In this document: piece by piece, positions 48,346-56,960 of the stretch | Position numbering within the stretch: position 1 is the first letter of the stretch | Layout of the letters: every line of letters begins with the position of its first letter | Assembly: GCA_036009425.1 (NCBI GenBank) | Contig: DASYLT010000203.1 | Coordinates: forward strand, 2,144-66,143 | Direction of reading: 5' to 3' | DNA from: Baekduia sp. | GTDB lineage: Bacteria; Actinomycetota; Thermoleophilia; Solirubrobacterales; Solirubrobacteraceae | Length of the DNA stretch: 64,000 nucleotides | The notes under the pieces: model-generated | Told to the model about the DNA's origin: nothing | Databases searched by the model: none | What the model saw: only the letters and a program-made list of their open reading frames with translations | Translations under genes and position numbers: made by a program

Positions 48346-48828
48346 GGGCCTGGTTGCGGACGACGTGGGTCCGTGTCGGGGCCCACGGCGAGTCGTCGAC
48401 CGTCGGCGCTCGGGGGTGGGCCTGTCGGCGGACGCTGACGGCCGCAGACAGGCCCACCTCTCGCATTCCAGCGCCGGTGGCGCCGACGACGACTGGCAAG
48501 GTGGGCCTGTCTGACGCGGTGCCACCGCGGCCAACGGGCCCGCGAGTCGTCGACCGTCGACGCTCGACGAGGTGGGCCTGTTGAGCGCGGTGCCACCGCG
48601 GCCAACGGGCCCACGAGTCGTCGACGGTCGGCGCTCGACGAGGTGGGCCTGTTGAGCGCGGTGCCACCGCGGTCAACGGGCCCACCGGCAGCCGGCGCAC
48701 ATCGCCGCGCAAGGTCGGCCTGTCTGACGCGGCGCCACCGCGGTCAACGGGCCCACCGGCAGCCGGCGCACATCGCCGGGCAAGGTGGGCCTGTCTGGCG
48801 CGGTGCCACCGCGGTCAACAGGCCCACC
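48343..48828. repeat. Array of seven ~45-bp palindromic REP-like units, 71-bp period
   Basis: GGTGGGCCTGT..CGCGGTGCCACCGCGG.CAACGGGCCCACC starting at 48343, 48415 (both degenerate), 48500, 48571, 48642, 48713, 48784. Confidence 0.9.
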
Positions 48829-48974
48829 ATCGCTCGCCGACGCCGTCGGACGCCCCCGGGCGCCGGCATCACCTCGGCGCCGACGCCGGTCGGTGCCTCC
48901 GGACCACGCCACGGCAGCGCGCCAGCGCCGGAGCGGCACGCCGGCAACGTCAGCGCCGCCAAGCGAACCGAACG

Positions 48975-49973
48975 CTACGAACCCCCGTATCCGCGGCCGG
49001 CCGCCCCCGCTCCCAACTCCGCAAGCAGCGCCTCCGCCGTCGCGACCGCGACATCGACCATCGCCGAGGCGGTCGGGGGCCGGGGGCCGTCGGCGGCGGT
49101 GATCGCCGCGAGGACGCGTGTCGGGGGCGTGCCCGCCAGCGGCCGGGTCGCAACGCGGTCGCGCCCCGTCAGCGCCAGGTAGGGCACGAGCGCCACGCCG
49201 GCGCCCGCCGCCACGAAGCCCTGGATGGCGCCGTAGTCGGCGCTGGAGAAGACGATGTCGGGCTCGAAGCCCGCGGCCAGGCAGGCGCCGCGCACCACCG
49301 ACGCGCAGAACGCCGTCGGTGCGACCCAGGGCTCGGCGGCCAGCGCCGCCAAGTCGATCGCGGCCTCGCCGGCCAGCGGGTGCCCGGCCGGGAGCACCGC
49401 CCAGAGCGGGTCGTGCGCCAGGACCGTCCGTCGCAGGCCCGCAAGGGCGGCAGCGTCGAGCGCGTTGGGCTCGAAGACGACCGCCAGGTCGCACGAGCCG
49501 GCCCGCACGCCGGCGACGGCCTCGACCGGATCCTCCTCGGCGAGGTGCAGCTCGACGTCGGGGTGCCGCTCGCGGAAGGCCGAGACGGCGGCCGGCACGA
49601 GCGCCGTCCATGCCGACTCGAAGGCGGCCAGGCGCAGCGACCCGCCACGCATCGCGACGAGGTCGTCGAGCTCTGCGCGCGCAGCGGCGAGCTGGCCCAG
49701 CACGACCGCCGCGTGGCGATCCAGCACGGCGCCGGCCTGGGTCAACCGCGTGCCGCGCGGCCCGCGCTCCACCAGTACCGCTCCGGCCTCGCGCTCCAGC
49801 ACGGCCATCTGCTGGGAGATCGCCGACGGGGTGTACTGGAGCTCGCTGGCCGCCGCCGCGAACGACCCATGCTCGGCGACGGCGCGCAGGACTCGGAGGC
49901 GCCGAAGATCGGGCAAGCCGCGGCCGACCGCGTCGTCCTCCGGCGACCCACCTCCTGCGAGCATGCCGAGCAT
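48975..49973 (-). CDS. LysR-family transcriptional regulator (start uncertain)
   Basis: LRVLRAVAEHGSFAAAASELQYTPSAISQQM..LE, LTQAG, VAAGAGVALVP. Confidence 0.93.
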   Translation of the reverse strand: MLGMLAGGGSPEDDAVGRGLPDLRRLRVLRAVAEHGSFAAAASELQYTPSAISQQMAVLEREAGAVLVERGPRGTRLTQAGAVLDRHAAVVLGQLAAARAELDDLVAMRGGSLRLAAFESAWTALVPAAVSAFRERHPDVELHLAEEDPVEAVAGVRAGSCDLAVVFEPNALDAAALAGLRRTVLAHDPLWAVLPAGHPLAGEAAIDLAALAAEPWVAPTAFCASVVRGACLAAGFEPDIVFSSADYGAIQGFVAAGAGVALVPYLALTGRDRVATRPLAGTPPTRVLAAITAADGPRPPTASAMVDVAVATAEALLAELGAGAAGRGYGGS

Positions 49974-50045
49974 GAAGCGCAGCTTACGGCAGCGGTCAAC
50001 GACTCCAGTCGCGCTTGCCGACCCGGTCGGGCAGAGTGCCCGCCC

Positions 50046-50672
50046 ATGCGGCTGCACGCCATCCCCCACTCCACCAACGTCGCCCGCGTCTCCCTCGCGC
50101 TCGGCCTCAAGGGCGTCGCCCTGGAGGCGACCGTCCAGCACCAGCCCGGCGACCGCACCGCCATCGAGGGGCTCTCTGGGCAGCCGCTCGTCCCCGCGCT
50201 GGAGACCGACGACGGGCGGGTGCTGACCGACTCGATGGCGATCGTCGCGTGGATCGACGCGACCTGGCCGCAGCCTTGTCCGCTCTACCCGGCCGACCCG
50301 GCCGCGCGCGGTGAGGTCGAGGGCTTCGTCACCTTCTTCAACCACGTCTGGAAGGTCCCGCCGAACGCCATCGAGGCCGAGCAGTCCCGCGCCGCACCCG
50401 ACCGCGACCGCATCGCCGCCTGGGCGGCGCAGCTGCGGGCCTGGCAGCACGGGTTCGACGCGCTGCTGCACGGGCGGCCGTACCTCTTCGGCGACGCGCC
50501 GGGCGCCGCGGACGTCTGCGCCTACCCGTTCCTGCGCTTCGCGACCTCCAGCGACCCCGAGGACGACGACCTCTTCCACGGCGTGCTGCTCGAGCACCTC
50601 GCGCTGCGCCCGGGCGAGCGGCCGCGCCTGGCCGCCTGGATCGACCGGATGGCCGAGCTGCCGCGAGCTTGA
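50046..50672 (+). CDS. Glutathione S-transferase family protein
   Basis: STNVARV, SGQPLVPAL, LTDSMAI, YLFGD...ADV. Confidence 0.85.
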   Translation: MRLHAIPHSTNVARVSLALGLKGVALEATVQHQPGDRTAIEGLSGQPLVPALETDDGRVLTDSMAIVAWIDATWPQPCPLYPADPAARGEVEGFVTFFNHVWKVPPNAIEAEQSRAAPDRDRIAAWAAQLRAWQHGFDALLHGRPYLFGDAPGAADVCAYPFLRFATSSDPEDDDLFHGVLLEHLALRPGERPRLAAWIDRMAELPRA

Positions 50673-50845
50673 GGGGTCCGCCACCTAGGTAGCGAGGGCC
50701 CCGTACCTCCCCGGACCGGGGAGTTTTTAGGGCCGCTTCAGGAAGGAGGCAGACAATCGCGGATGCGAACGTACTCGCACGTGCACCTCCTCCCAGAAGC
50801 ACGATCCGGCCCGCTCATCAGGCGGGTCGGATTGATTAAAGGGGC
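50672..50845 (-). ncRNA. Candidate structured RNA containing a 17-codon ORF (50727-50780)
   Basis: Consecutive helices with G-U pairs mostly on the minus strand, a UACG tetraloop and a paired GGGAGGAGGT SD. Confidence 0.5.
50707..50728 (+). terminator. Intrinsic terminator after GST
   Basis: CTCCCCG-GAC-CGGGGAG followed by TTTTT. Confidence 0.7.
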
Positions 50846-51108
50846 GTCGTGTTACGCGCGTGTTGAGCCGCGAGACATTCGCCATTGCGGTGTCACGTCT
50901 GCGCGCACGCTCCGGCGGCCGGCCCAGGAGAAGAGACCGACCGCCTCGGTGAGCGTTCCGGGCGGCACCACCCCGTGCCGCCCTTCTTGCACTCGCCGCA
51001 TCGCGCTGTCCCACGAGCGCCTGCGACACGGCCCCGTCTCGGTCCGTTCCACCGGACGACACCTATCGGGGGCTCCAACGGCCTGTTCGCGCGGAACTGG
51101 CGGTTGGA

Positions 51109-52440
51109 TCAGCCCGAGCGCTGTTCGTTGCCGGACGTCGAGCTCTGCTGCGCTCGGCGCTCGCGGATGCGGACGGCCTCGATCCGATTCTCGCGCACCG
51201 ACTCGACGCGGATCGAGTACCCGTCGGCGGTGATCGTGTCGCCCCGCTTGGGCAGCCGCCCCAGCTCCGCGAACACGAACCCGCCGACCGAGTTGTAGGC
51301 GTCGGTGTCGACGGGCAGCTCGACCCCGTAGTCGAGCAGGTCGGTCACCGCGACGTGGCCGCGGACGAACCAGTCGCCGTTGGCCAGGCGGCGGATGTGG
51401 CCGCCGGCCGGGTCGGTCTCGTCGTCGATCTCGCCGACGACCTCCTCGATGATGTCCTCGACGGTGACGATGCCGACGACGCGGCCGTACTCGTCGACGA
51501 CGACGGCCATCGAGGAGCGCTGGCGCTGCAGGTCGGCCAGCAGGTCGTCCAGCGGCTTGGTCTCGGGGACGATGACGGCCTCGCGCACCAGCGGCTCGAT
51601 CGAGGCCTGCGGCCCCTCGGCCATCAGCGCCCGGGCCAGCGAGTTGGAGTGCACGATGCCGCGCACGCGGTCGCGGTTGTCGTCCTCGGTGACCACCAGG
51701 CGCGTGTGGCCCGACGAGATGCAGCGGCGCAGGGCGGTCTCGACGTCCTCGCTCAGATCCACGGTGACGACCGCCGGGATCGGCGTCATCACCTGGCGCG
51801 CCTCCTGCTCGTGCAGGTGGAAGACGCCGCTGAGCATCCCGGCCTCGCCCGCGTCGAGCTTGCCGCCGGCGCGGGCCTGACCGATGAGGATGCGCAGCTC
51901 CTCGGGGGTCGCGCCCTCCTGGGAGGCCGCGTTGGGATCGACGCGCAGGAGCCGCAGCAGGGCGTTGGAGACGGCGTTCAGCAGCGAGATGAAGGGCTTC
52001 ATCGCCGTGTTGAACGCCAGCAGTGGGCGCGCCACCGCGATGGCGATCCGGTCCGGGTGGATGATCGCGTAGATCTTGGGCACCTGCTCGCCGACGACGA
52101 CGTGCGCCGCGGTGACCAGCACGTAGGCGATGGCCACCGAGATCGCGACCTTCACGCCGTGCGAGAAGCTGCCGAACAGCGGCTCGAACAGCGTGGCGAT
52201 GGCGGGCTCGCCCAGGAAGCCGATGCCCAGCGAGGCGAGCGTGATCCCGAACTGGCACGCCGACAGGTACTGGTTGAGGTCGTCGTGCAGGCGCAGCGCA
52301 CGCCGCGCTCCTGCCGAGCCATCCTCCGCGATCTCCTGCAGCGAGGACCGCCGTGAGCGGACGAGGCCGAACTCGGCGGAGACGAAGAATCCGTTCACGC
52401 CGATCAGCACCGCGACCGCGAGGATCAGCAGGACGGTCAC
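51109..52440 (-). CDS. Hemolysin/CNNM family transporter (DUF21 + CBS + CorC domains)
   Basis: [40 protein letters not shown]. Confidence 0.94.
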   Translation of the reverse strand: MTVLLILAVAVLIGVNGFFVSAEFGLVRSRRSSLQEIAEDGSAGARRALRLHDDLNQYLSACQFGITLASLGIGFLGEPAIATLFEPLFGSFSHGVKVAISVAIAYVLVTAAHVVVGEQVPKIYAIIHPDRIAIAVARPLLAFNTAMKPFISLLNAVSNALLRLLRVDPNAASQEGATPEELRILIGQARAGGKLDAGEAGMLSGVFHLHEQEARQVMTPIPAVVTVDLSEDVETALRRCISSGHTRLVVTEDDNRDRVRGIVHSNSLARALMAEGPQASIEPLVREAVIVPETKPLDDLLADLQRQRSSMAVVVDEYGRVVGIVTVEDIIEEVVGEIDDETDPAGGHIRRLANGDWFVRGHVAVTDLLDYGVELPVDTDAYNSVGGFVFAELGRLPKRGDTITADGYSIRVESVRENRIEAVRIRERRAQQSSTSGNEQRSG

Positions 52441-52554
52441 GTGATGGGGCCGGGTCTCGGCCCGGCGCTACTTCGAGAGGGGTCGTCGTTCATGGAGCGA
52501 CGACAGGACGCTACCAGCGCGATCGGCGCGCCGGGTCCCGGCCCGCCGTTCGGG

Positions 52555-52845
52555 TTAGCCCGCAGGCAGGGTGTCGATGGTCGTCGCCAGGTCGAAGTCG
52601 GCCTGCGTGAGGCCGCCCGCGCTGTGGTTGGTGACGCTCAGCCGGACGAGGTTCCAGCCGTGGACCAGGATGTCGGGATGGTGGTTGGCCGCCTCGGCCG
52701 CGTCGGCGACTGCGTTGACGAACGCCATCGCCGCGGCGAAGTCGGGCAGCTTGCGGTCGGTGACGATCTGGTCGCCCTCGCGCCGCCAGCCCTCCAGGTG
52801 TCCGAGGCGCTCCTCGATCGTGTCGTCGTCCAGCAGCTCTGCCAT
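52555..52845 (-). CDS. Pterin-4-alpha-carbinolamine dehydratase
   Basis: AEAANHHPDI, HSAGGLT..D; GGAGG SD. Confidence 0.92.
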   Translation of the reverse strand: MAELLDDDTIEERLGHLEGWRREGDQIVTDRKLPDFAAAMAFVNAVADAAEAANHHPDILVHGWNLVRLSVTNHSAGGLTQADFDLATTIDTLPAG

Positions 52846-52857
52846 ATCGTCCTCCCG

Positions 52858-53748
52858 ATGCGGATCGTCAGCCTCGTGCCGCACGCTACCGAGTTGCTGT
52901 ATGCCCTTGGGCTCGGCGACGACGTGGTCGGCGTCACCCACGAGTGCGACTTCCCGGCCCAGACGGCCGGCGTCGCCAGGATCACCCGGGACATGCTGCC
53001 CGCCGGCCTGTCGTCGGGCGAGATCGACGCGGCCGTGCGCGAGCGCACCGAGGAGGGCGAGGCGATCTACGGGCTGGACGAGCAACTGCTCGCCGAGCTG
53101 AAGCCCGACCTGATCGTCACGCAGGAGCTCTGCCCCGTCTGCGCGGTCAGCTACGACGAGGTCAAGGCCGTCGCCGCGAAGCTGGCGCCGTGCCCGAAGG
53201 TCATCGCGCTGGATCCCAAGACGTTCGGCGAGACGATGAGCGACATCCGGACGATCGCCCAGGCGACCGGCGCGCGCGACGCCGCGCTCGACCTGGTGGC
53301 ACGCCAGCGCGCCCGCGTCGACCGCGTGAGGATCGCGCTCAAAGATGCGCCGCGGCGGACGGTGGCGGCGGTGGAGTGGTTCGACCCCATCTACGTCGCC
53401 GGGCACTGGACGCCGCAGCTGGTGGAGCTCGCCGGCGGCCTGGACGTGCTCGGCTTCGCGGGCGAGCACAGCGAGCGCCTCGGCTGGGACGCGCTGCGGG
53501 CCGCGCGGCCGGAGGTGGTGCTGTGCATCCCGTGCGGCTACGACGGACCGCGGGCACTGCAGGAGGCGCAGCAGTTCTCTGACGAGCTGCGGTCGATCGG
53601 CGCACAGGACGTCATCGCGCTGGATGCCTCGGCGTACTTCTCACGCCCCGGGCCGCGGCTGGTCGACGGCCTCGAGACGCTCGCCCACGCGCTGCACCCC
53701 GACCTCGTGCCCGAGGCGCCGGGGACCGTGCACCGCCTCGACCTGTAG
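52858..53748 (+). CDS. BtuF/cobalamin-binding-like substrate-binding protein
   Basis: MRIVSLVP.ATE, GVTHECDFP, FSRPGPRL. Confidence 0.85.
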   Translation: MRIVSLVPHATELLYALGLGDDVVGVTHECDFPAQTAGVARITRDMLPAGLSSGEIDAAVRERTEEGEAIYGLDEQLLAELKPDLIVTQELCPVCAVSYDEVKAVAAKLAPCPKVIALDPKTFGETMSDIRTIAQATGARDAALDLVARQRARVDRVRIALKDAPRRTVAAVEWFDPIYVAGHWTPQLVELAGGLDVLGFAGEHSERLGWDALRAARPEVVLCIPCGYDGPRALQEAQQFSDELRSIGAQDVIALDASAYFSRPGPRLVDGLETLAHALHPDLVPEAPGTVHRLDL

Positions 53749-53783
53749 CCGCGCGCGCCGCGCGCCACCCGCCGCCGCCGCCG

Positions 53784-54611
53784 CTACAGCGTGTAGTTGT
53801 GGAGGTTGCCCGAGACCGCGACCGCGCCCACCACGGCGAGCACCGCCAGCACCGCGCAGGCGACGTAGCCGAGCGCCGGCCGGCGGAAGCGGTCGGCCTG
53901 GTGGAAGGCCAGCGCGGCCAGCACGCCGCCGATCAGGCCGCCGATGTGGCCGCCGAAGGCGATGTGCAGGCCCGGTAGGAAGCCGATGGCCAGGTTGATG
54001 AGGATCAGGCCGCCGAGACCGCCGCTGAACGGGTCGTAGCCGCGGCGGCGCTGCTCGACCGCCAGCACGCCCATCAGGCCGAAGACGGCGCCGGAGGCGC
54101 CGACGACCGGCGAGGTCGTGGTCTGCACGAGGGCGCCGAACGAGCCCCAGAGCAGGGCGGTGAAGTAGAGCGCCCCGAAACGCGCCGAGCCGATCGCCCG
54201 CTCGAGCTGCTGGCCCAGGATCCACAGCAGGTACATGTTGAACCCGATGTGGATCAGACCGCTGTGCAGGAAGCCGCTGGTGACCAGGCGCCAGTAGTCG
54301 CCGTCGTGGACGAGCGGGCCGTACAGCGCGAAATGGGAGTAGATGGTCCCGCCGGTCGCGCCGATCCCGATGCTGCCGCCCTGACCCAGGAAGAGCAGCA
54401 CGCACACGGCGATGATCGCGATGGTGACCCGCGGCTCGGCGTTGGCGTTGACCATCGCCGCGGTCCGCACCTTCGTCTTCTGCTTGGAGCAGACGGGACA
54501 GCGCATGCCGACCGAGGTCGGCGTCATGCAGTCCGAGCAGATCGGACGCCCGCAATTGGAACAGGAGACGCCCGTCTCGCGGGACGGGTGGCGGTAGCAC
54601 TGGGCGGCCAT
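53784..54611 (-). CDS. Rhomboid protease with N-terminal B-box-like zinc finger
   Basis: CYRHP...CSNC..PICSDC; WRL, HIGFN, GASG, GHIGG. Confidence 0.94.
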   Translation of the reverse strand: MAAQCYRHPSRETGVSCSNCGRPICSDCMTPTSVGMRCPVCSKQKTKVRTAAMVNANAEPRVTIAIIAVCVLLFLGQGGSIGIGATGGTIYSHFALYGPLVHDGDYWRLVTSGFLHSGLIHIGFNMYLLWILGQQLERAIGSARFGALYFTALLWGSFGALVQTTTSPVVGASGAVFGLMGVLAVEQRRRGYDPFSGGLGGLILINLAIGFLPGLHIAFGGHIGGLIGGVLAALAFHQADRFRRPALGYVACAVLAVLAVVGAVAVSGNLHNYTL

Positions 54612-54731
54612 GGGGCGCCGCACGCTAGCAGCGAGGCCTTTCGCCCAGCTCAGCTCATGCGGGGCGGGCCTCAGCTCACGTCAGCTTGGCCCCGCGCTTC
54701 GCTGCGGGCCCCGCCGGCGGAGGCCGACGGC

Positions 54732-55448
54732 TCAGGTCAGCGACGCGCCAACGACCGGCGCCGACGTCGGCTGCGAGCTGCCGCCCGGCGGCTCGGCCGT
54801 CACCAGCACCTGGTCAGTCCCCTTCAAGGACTCCATGATCTCCACCCGTGCGCGGCCGTCGGACGGCACGGTGAAGAGCGTGTGGGTCGGGCGCGGCTTG
54901 CCCTGGCCCGACATCAGCCACACCTGGTAGACGCGCCCGGCGGGCGGTGAGGGCATGTGCGAGAGGTCGAGCTCGCCGCGCTGGCCGGTCACGTGCAGCG
55001 CCACCTGCGTGCCCTTGGGGCCGAAGCCGGGACGCGTCGTCGTCGACGTGCCGTCGTTGGAGACGAGCACGCCCGCGACGACCCCGAGCGCGAGGAGCAC
55101 CGTCGCCAGGGCGGCCGCCGGCACGGGGCGCATCCGGCCCAGCCAGGCCGGAACCCGCGAGCTGCGCCGCGCGGGCTCGCGGAGCGGCGGCCGGTCGGCG
55201 TCGGGCCCGGCGGCGCGCAGCAGCTGCGCCTCGGACTCGACGACGGCCATGATCCGGCCCTTGAGCGCGGGCGGCGGGACGACCTGTGGCGCGGCCATCG
55301 GGAGCACGTCGGCGACGACCTGCAGCTGGGCGACCTCGTCCCGGCAGATCGCGCAGCCCCTCAAGTGCTTGGCGAACTCCTCGGCGGCGTCGTCGTCGAG
55401 GGCGCCGAGGACCCAGGGGCCGGCGTCGTCGCGGTGGGCGCAGCTCAT
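54732..55448 (-). CDS. RskA-like anti-sigma factor (ZAS, TM, extracytoplasmic domain)
   Basis: HLRGCAIC, TM helix, YQVW, VTAEPPGGS..PT. Confidence 0.88.
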   Translation of the reverse strand: MSCAHRDDAGPWVLGALDDDAAEEFAKHLRGCAICRDEVAQLQVVADVLPMAAPQVVPPPALKGRIMAVVESEAQLLRAAGPDADRPPLREPARRSSRVPAWLGRMRPVPAAALATVLLALGVVAGVLVSNDGTSTTTRPGFGPKGTQVALHVTGQRGELDLSHMPSPPAGRVYQVWLMSGQGKPRPTHTLFTVPSDGRARVEIMESLKGTDQVLVTAEPPGGSSQPTSAPVVGASLT

Positions 55449-56029
55449 GCCGTCACCTCGGCGAAGTGCCCGAGCTGGCCGCGGAGCTTCTCGAGGCCGA
55501 GGCGGATGCGGCCCTTGACGGTGCCGATGGGCATCTCGAGCATGTTGGCGATCTCCGAGTGGGAGAACCCGCCGAAGTAGGCGAGCTCGATCGCCTTGCT
55601 CTGCTCCTCGGGCAGGGTGGCGAGCGCCGACCGCACCTCGGTGGCCTCCTCGCGCCGGGCGGCCTGGACGTCGGTGCGCTCCTTGGCCTCGAAGCGCTCC
55701 TCGATGCCCTCGTCGCTGGCGCGGCGCTTGTCGTGGACCATCGAGCGCCGCAGGGCGTCGATGGCGCGATGATGGACGATGCCGAGCACCCAGGTCCTCA
55801 CGCTACCGCGCGTGTGGTCGTACCGGGCCCCGGACCGCCAGAGCGACAGGAACGCCTCCTGGACGACGTCCTCGGCCGCCCCGCGCCGGCCGACCATCCG
55901 GTAGGCGAGCGAGAACGCCGCGGTGCTGTGGCGCTCGTAGATCATCTCGAAGGCCTGGGCGTCGCCCTGACGCATCAGCTGCATCAGGTCCTCGTCTGCC
56001 AGCAGGCTCACGTCGGTTCGGTCGGCCAC
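55445..56029 (-). CDS. ECF sigma factor, SigK-like
   Basis: AEDVVQEAF, LAYFGGFSHSEIA, GTVKGRIRLGL; coupled to RskA-like gene. Confidence 0.92.
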   Translation of the reverse strand: MADRTDVSLLADEDLMQLMRQGDAQAFEMIYERHSTAAFSLAYRMVGRRGAAEDVVQEAFLSLWRSGARYDHTRGSVRTWVLGIVHHRAIDALRRSMVHDKRRASDEGIEERFEAKERTDVQAARREEATEVRSALATLPEEQSKAIELAYFGGFSHSEIANMLEMPIGTVKGRIRLGLEKLRGQLGHFAEVTA

Positions 56030-56062
56030 GGCAAGTTCCTACGCCGCCGCCGCCCGATCGGA

Positions 56063-56407
56063 TCAGCGATCCAGGATCCGGCGCGTCTCGTCGGCGACCG
56101 AGCGCAGCGTGCGCTCGGCGAAGTCCAGCGGATCGGAGGCCTTCGAGCGGCGCCGATGCTGCTGGCGCACGCGCAGGACCACGAGCGCGGCGCCGGCGGT
56201 GGTGCCGACGGCCACCGCGGCGAGCGGTCGCACCCAATTGCGCGGGTCGCGCATGGTCGAGAGCTCCCAGCTCTCCAGCTCGTCCTGGGCCAGCTCGGTG
56301 AGCCCGGCCAGGGTGGCCTCCATGCGCGCCGCGAGGTCCTCGGGCGGATCGACCGGCGTCAGGGCGCGCTTCAGCAGGCCCTCGAACTCCCCGAAGGTCT
56401 CGCTCAT
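56063..56407 (-). CDS. Small single-TM protein, possible anti-sigma factor
   Basis: Directly after an ECF sigma gene; one hydrophobic segment. Confidence 0.7.
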   Translation of the reverse strand: MSETFGEFEGLLKRALTPVDPPEDLAARMEATLAGLTELAQDELESWELSTMRDPRNWVRPLAAVAVGTTAGAALVVLRVRQQHRRRSKASDPLDFAERTLRSVADETRRILDR

Positions 56408-56414
56408 CGGCCGA

Positions 56415-56939
56415 TCACCCGGCCTGCTTCGTCGCGACGATCTCTTCCAGCTGCTTGATGGCGCGATGCAGCAGGACCTTCGTGGCGCCGTCGGTCCGCC
56501 CCATGGCCCGCGCGATCTCGCGGTTGTCCATGCCGAGGGCGAAGCGCATGATCAGCGCCTCGCGGCGGTCGTCGGGCAGGTCCTTCACACCCTCCAGGAT
56601 TCGCGCCAGCTCGTCGCGACCCTCCACCAGGTCCTCGGTGGTGTGGGGCGTGCGCAGCGTCTCGGAGTCCTCGATCGGGGTCTGCGGCTTGCGCGAGCGA
56701 TCGCGGTAGAGGTTCGCCGCGAGGTTGTGCGCGATCCGGATCAGCCACGGCCGCAGCGGACGCCCATCGGACTCGTTGACCGCACGCTCGAAGTGCCGGT
56801 AGGCCTGCAGGAACGTCTGCTCCGTCAGGTCCTCGGCGTCGTGGTGGTTGCCCACCCGGTAGTAGGCATAGGAGTAGACATCCCGCAGGTGCGCTCGGTA
56901 GAGCTCCGAGAACTCCGCATCGACCTGGGCCTTGTCCAC
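56415..56939 (-). CDS. ECF sigma factor
   Basis: DAEDLTEQTF, WLIRIAHN, REIARAMG, KVLLHRA. Confidence 0.92.
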   Translation of the reverse strand: MDKAQVDAEFSELYRAHLRDVYSYAYYRVGNHHDAEDLTEQTFLQAYRHFERAVNESDGRPLRPWLIRIAHNLAANLYRDRSRKPQTPIEDSETLRTPHTTEDLVEGRDELARILEGVKDLPDDRREALIMRFALGMDNREIARAMGRTDGATKVLLHRAIKQLEEIVATKQAG

Positions 56940-56960
56940 GCACGGAGCCTATCTCTCCCG

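Noticed and set aside
48343..48828. CRISPR array
   Set aside because: Linkers are repeated rather than unique, units are degenerate, and no cas genes or AT-rich leader are present
47070..49182. Arg/Pro/Ala-rich ORFs across the repeat mosaic
   Set aside because: They are translations of non-coding GC-rich repeats lacking stops
50803..50833. Hammerhead ribozyme (CUGAUGA on minus strand)
   Set aside because: The motif is a simple hairpin loop; no GAAA core or three-way junction nearby
50672..51100. SRP RNA, tmRNA or RNase P RNA
   Set aside because: CAGGAAGGAGGCAG only loosely resembles SRP domain IV; no tmRNA tRNA-like ends and no GAGGAAAGTCC signature
50727..51233. 111-aa and 156-aa ORFs in the intergenic region
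   Set aside because: No recognisable motifs and atypical codon usage; only the SD-supported 17-codon tail was kept as a candidate
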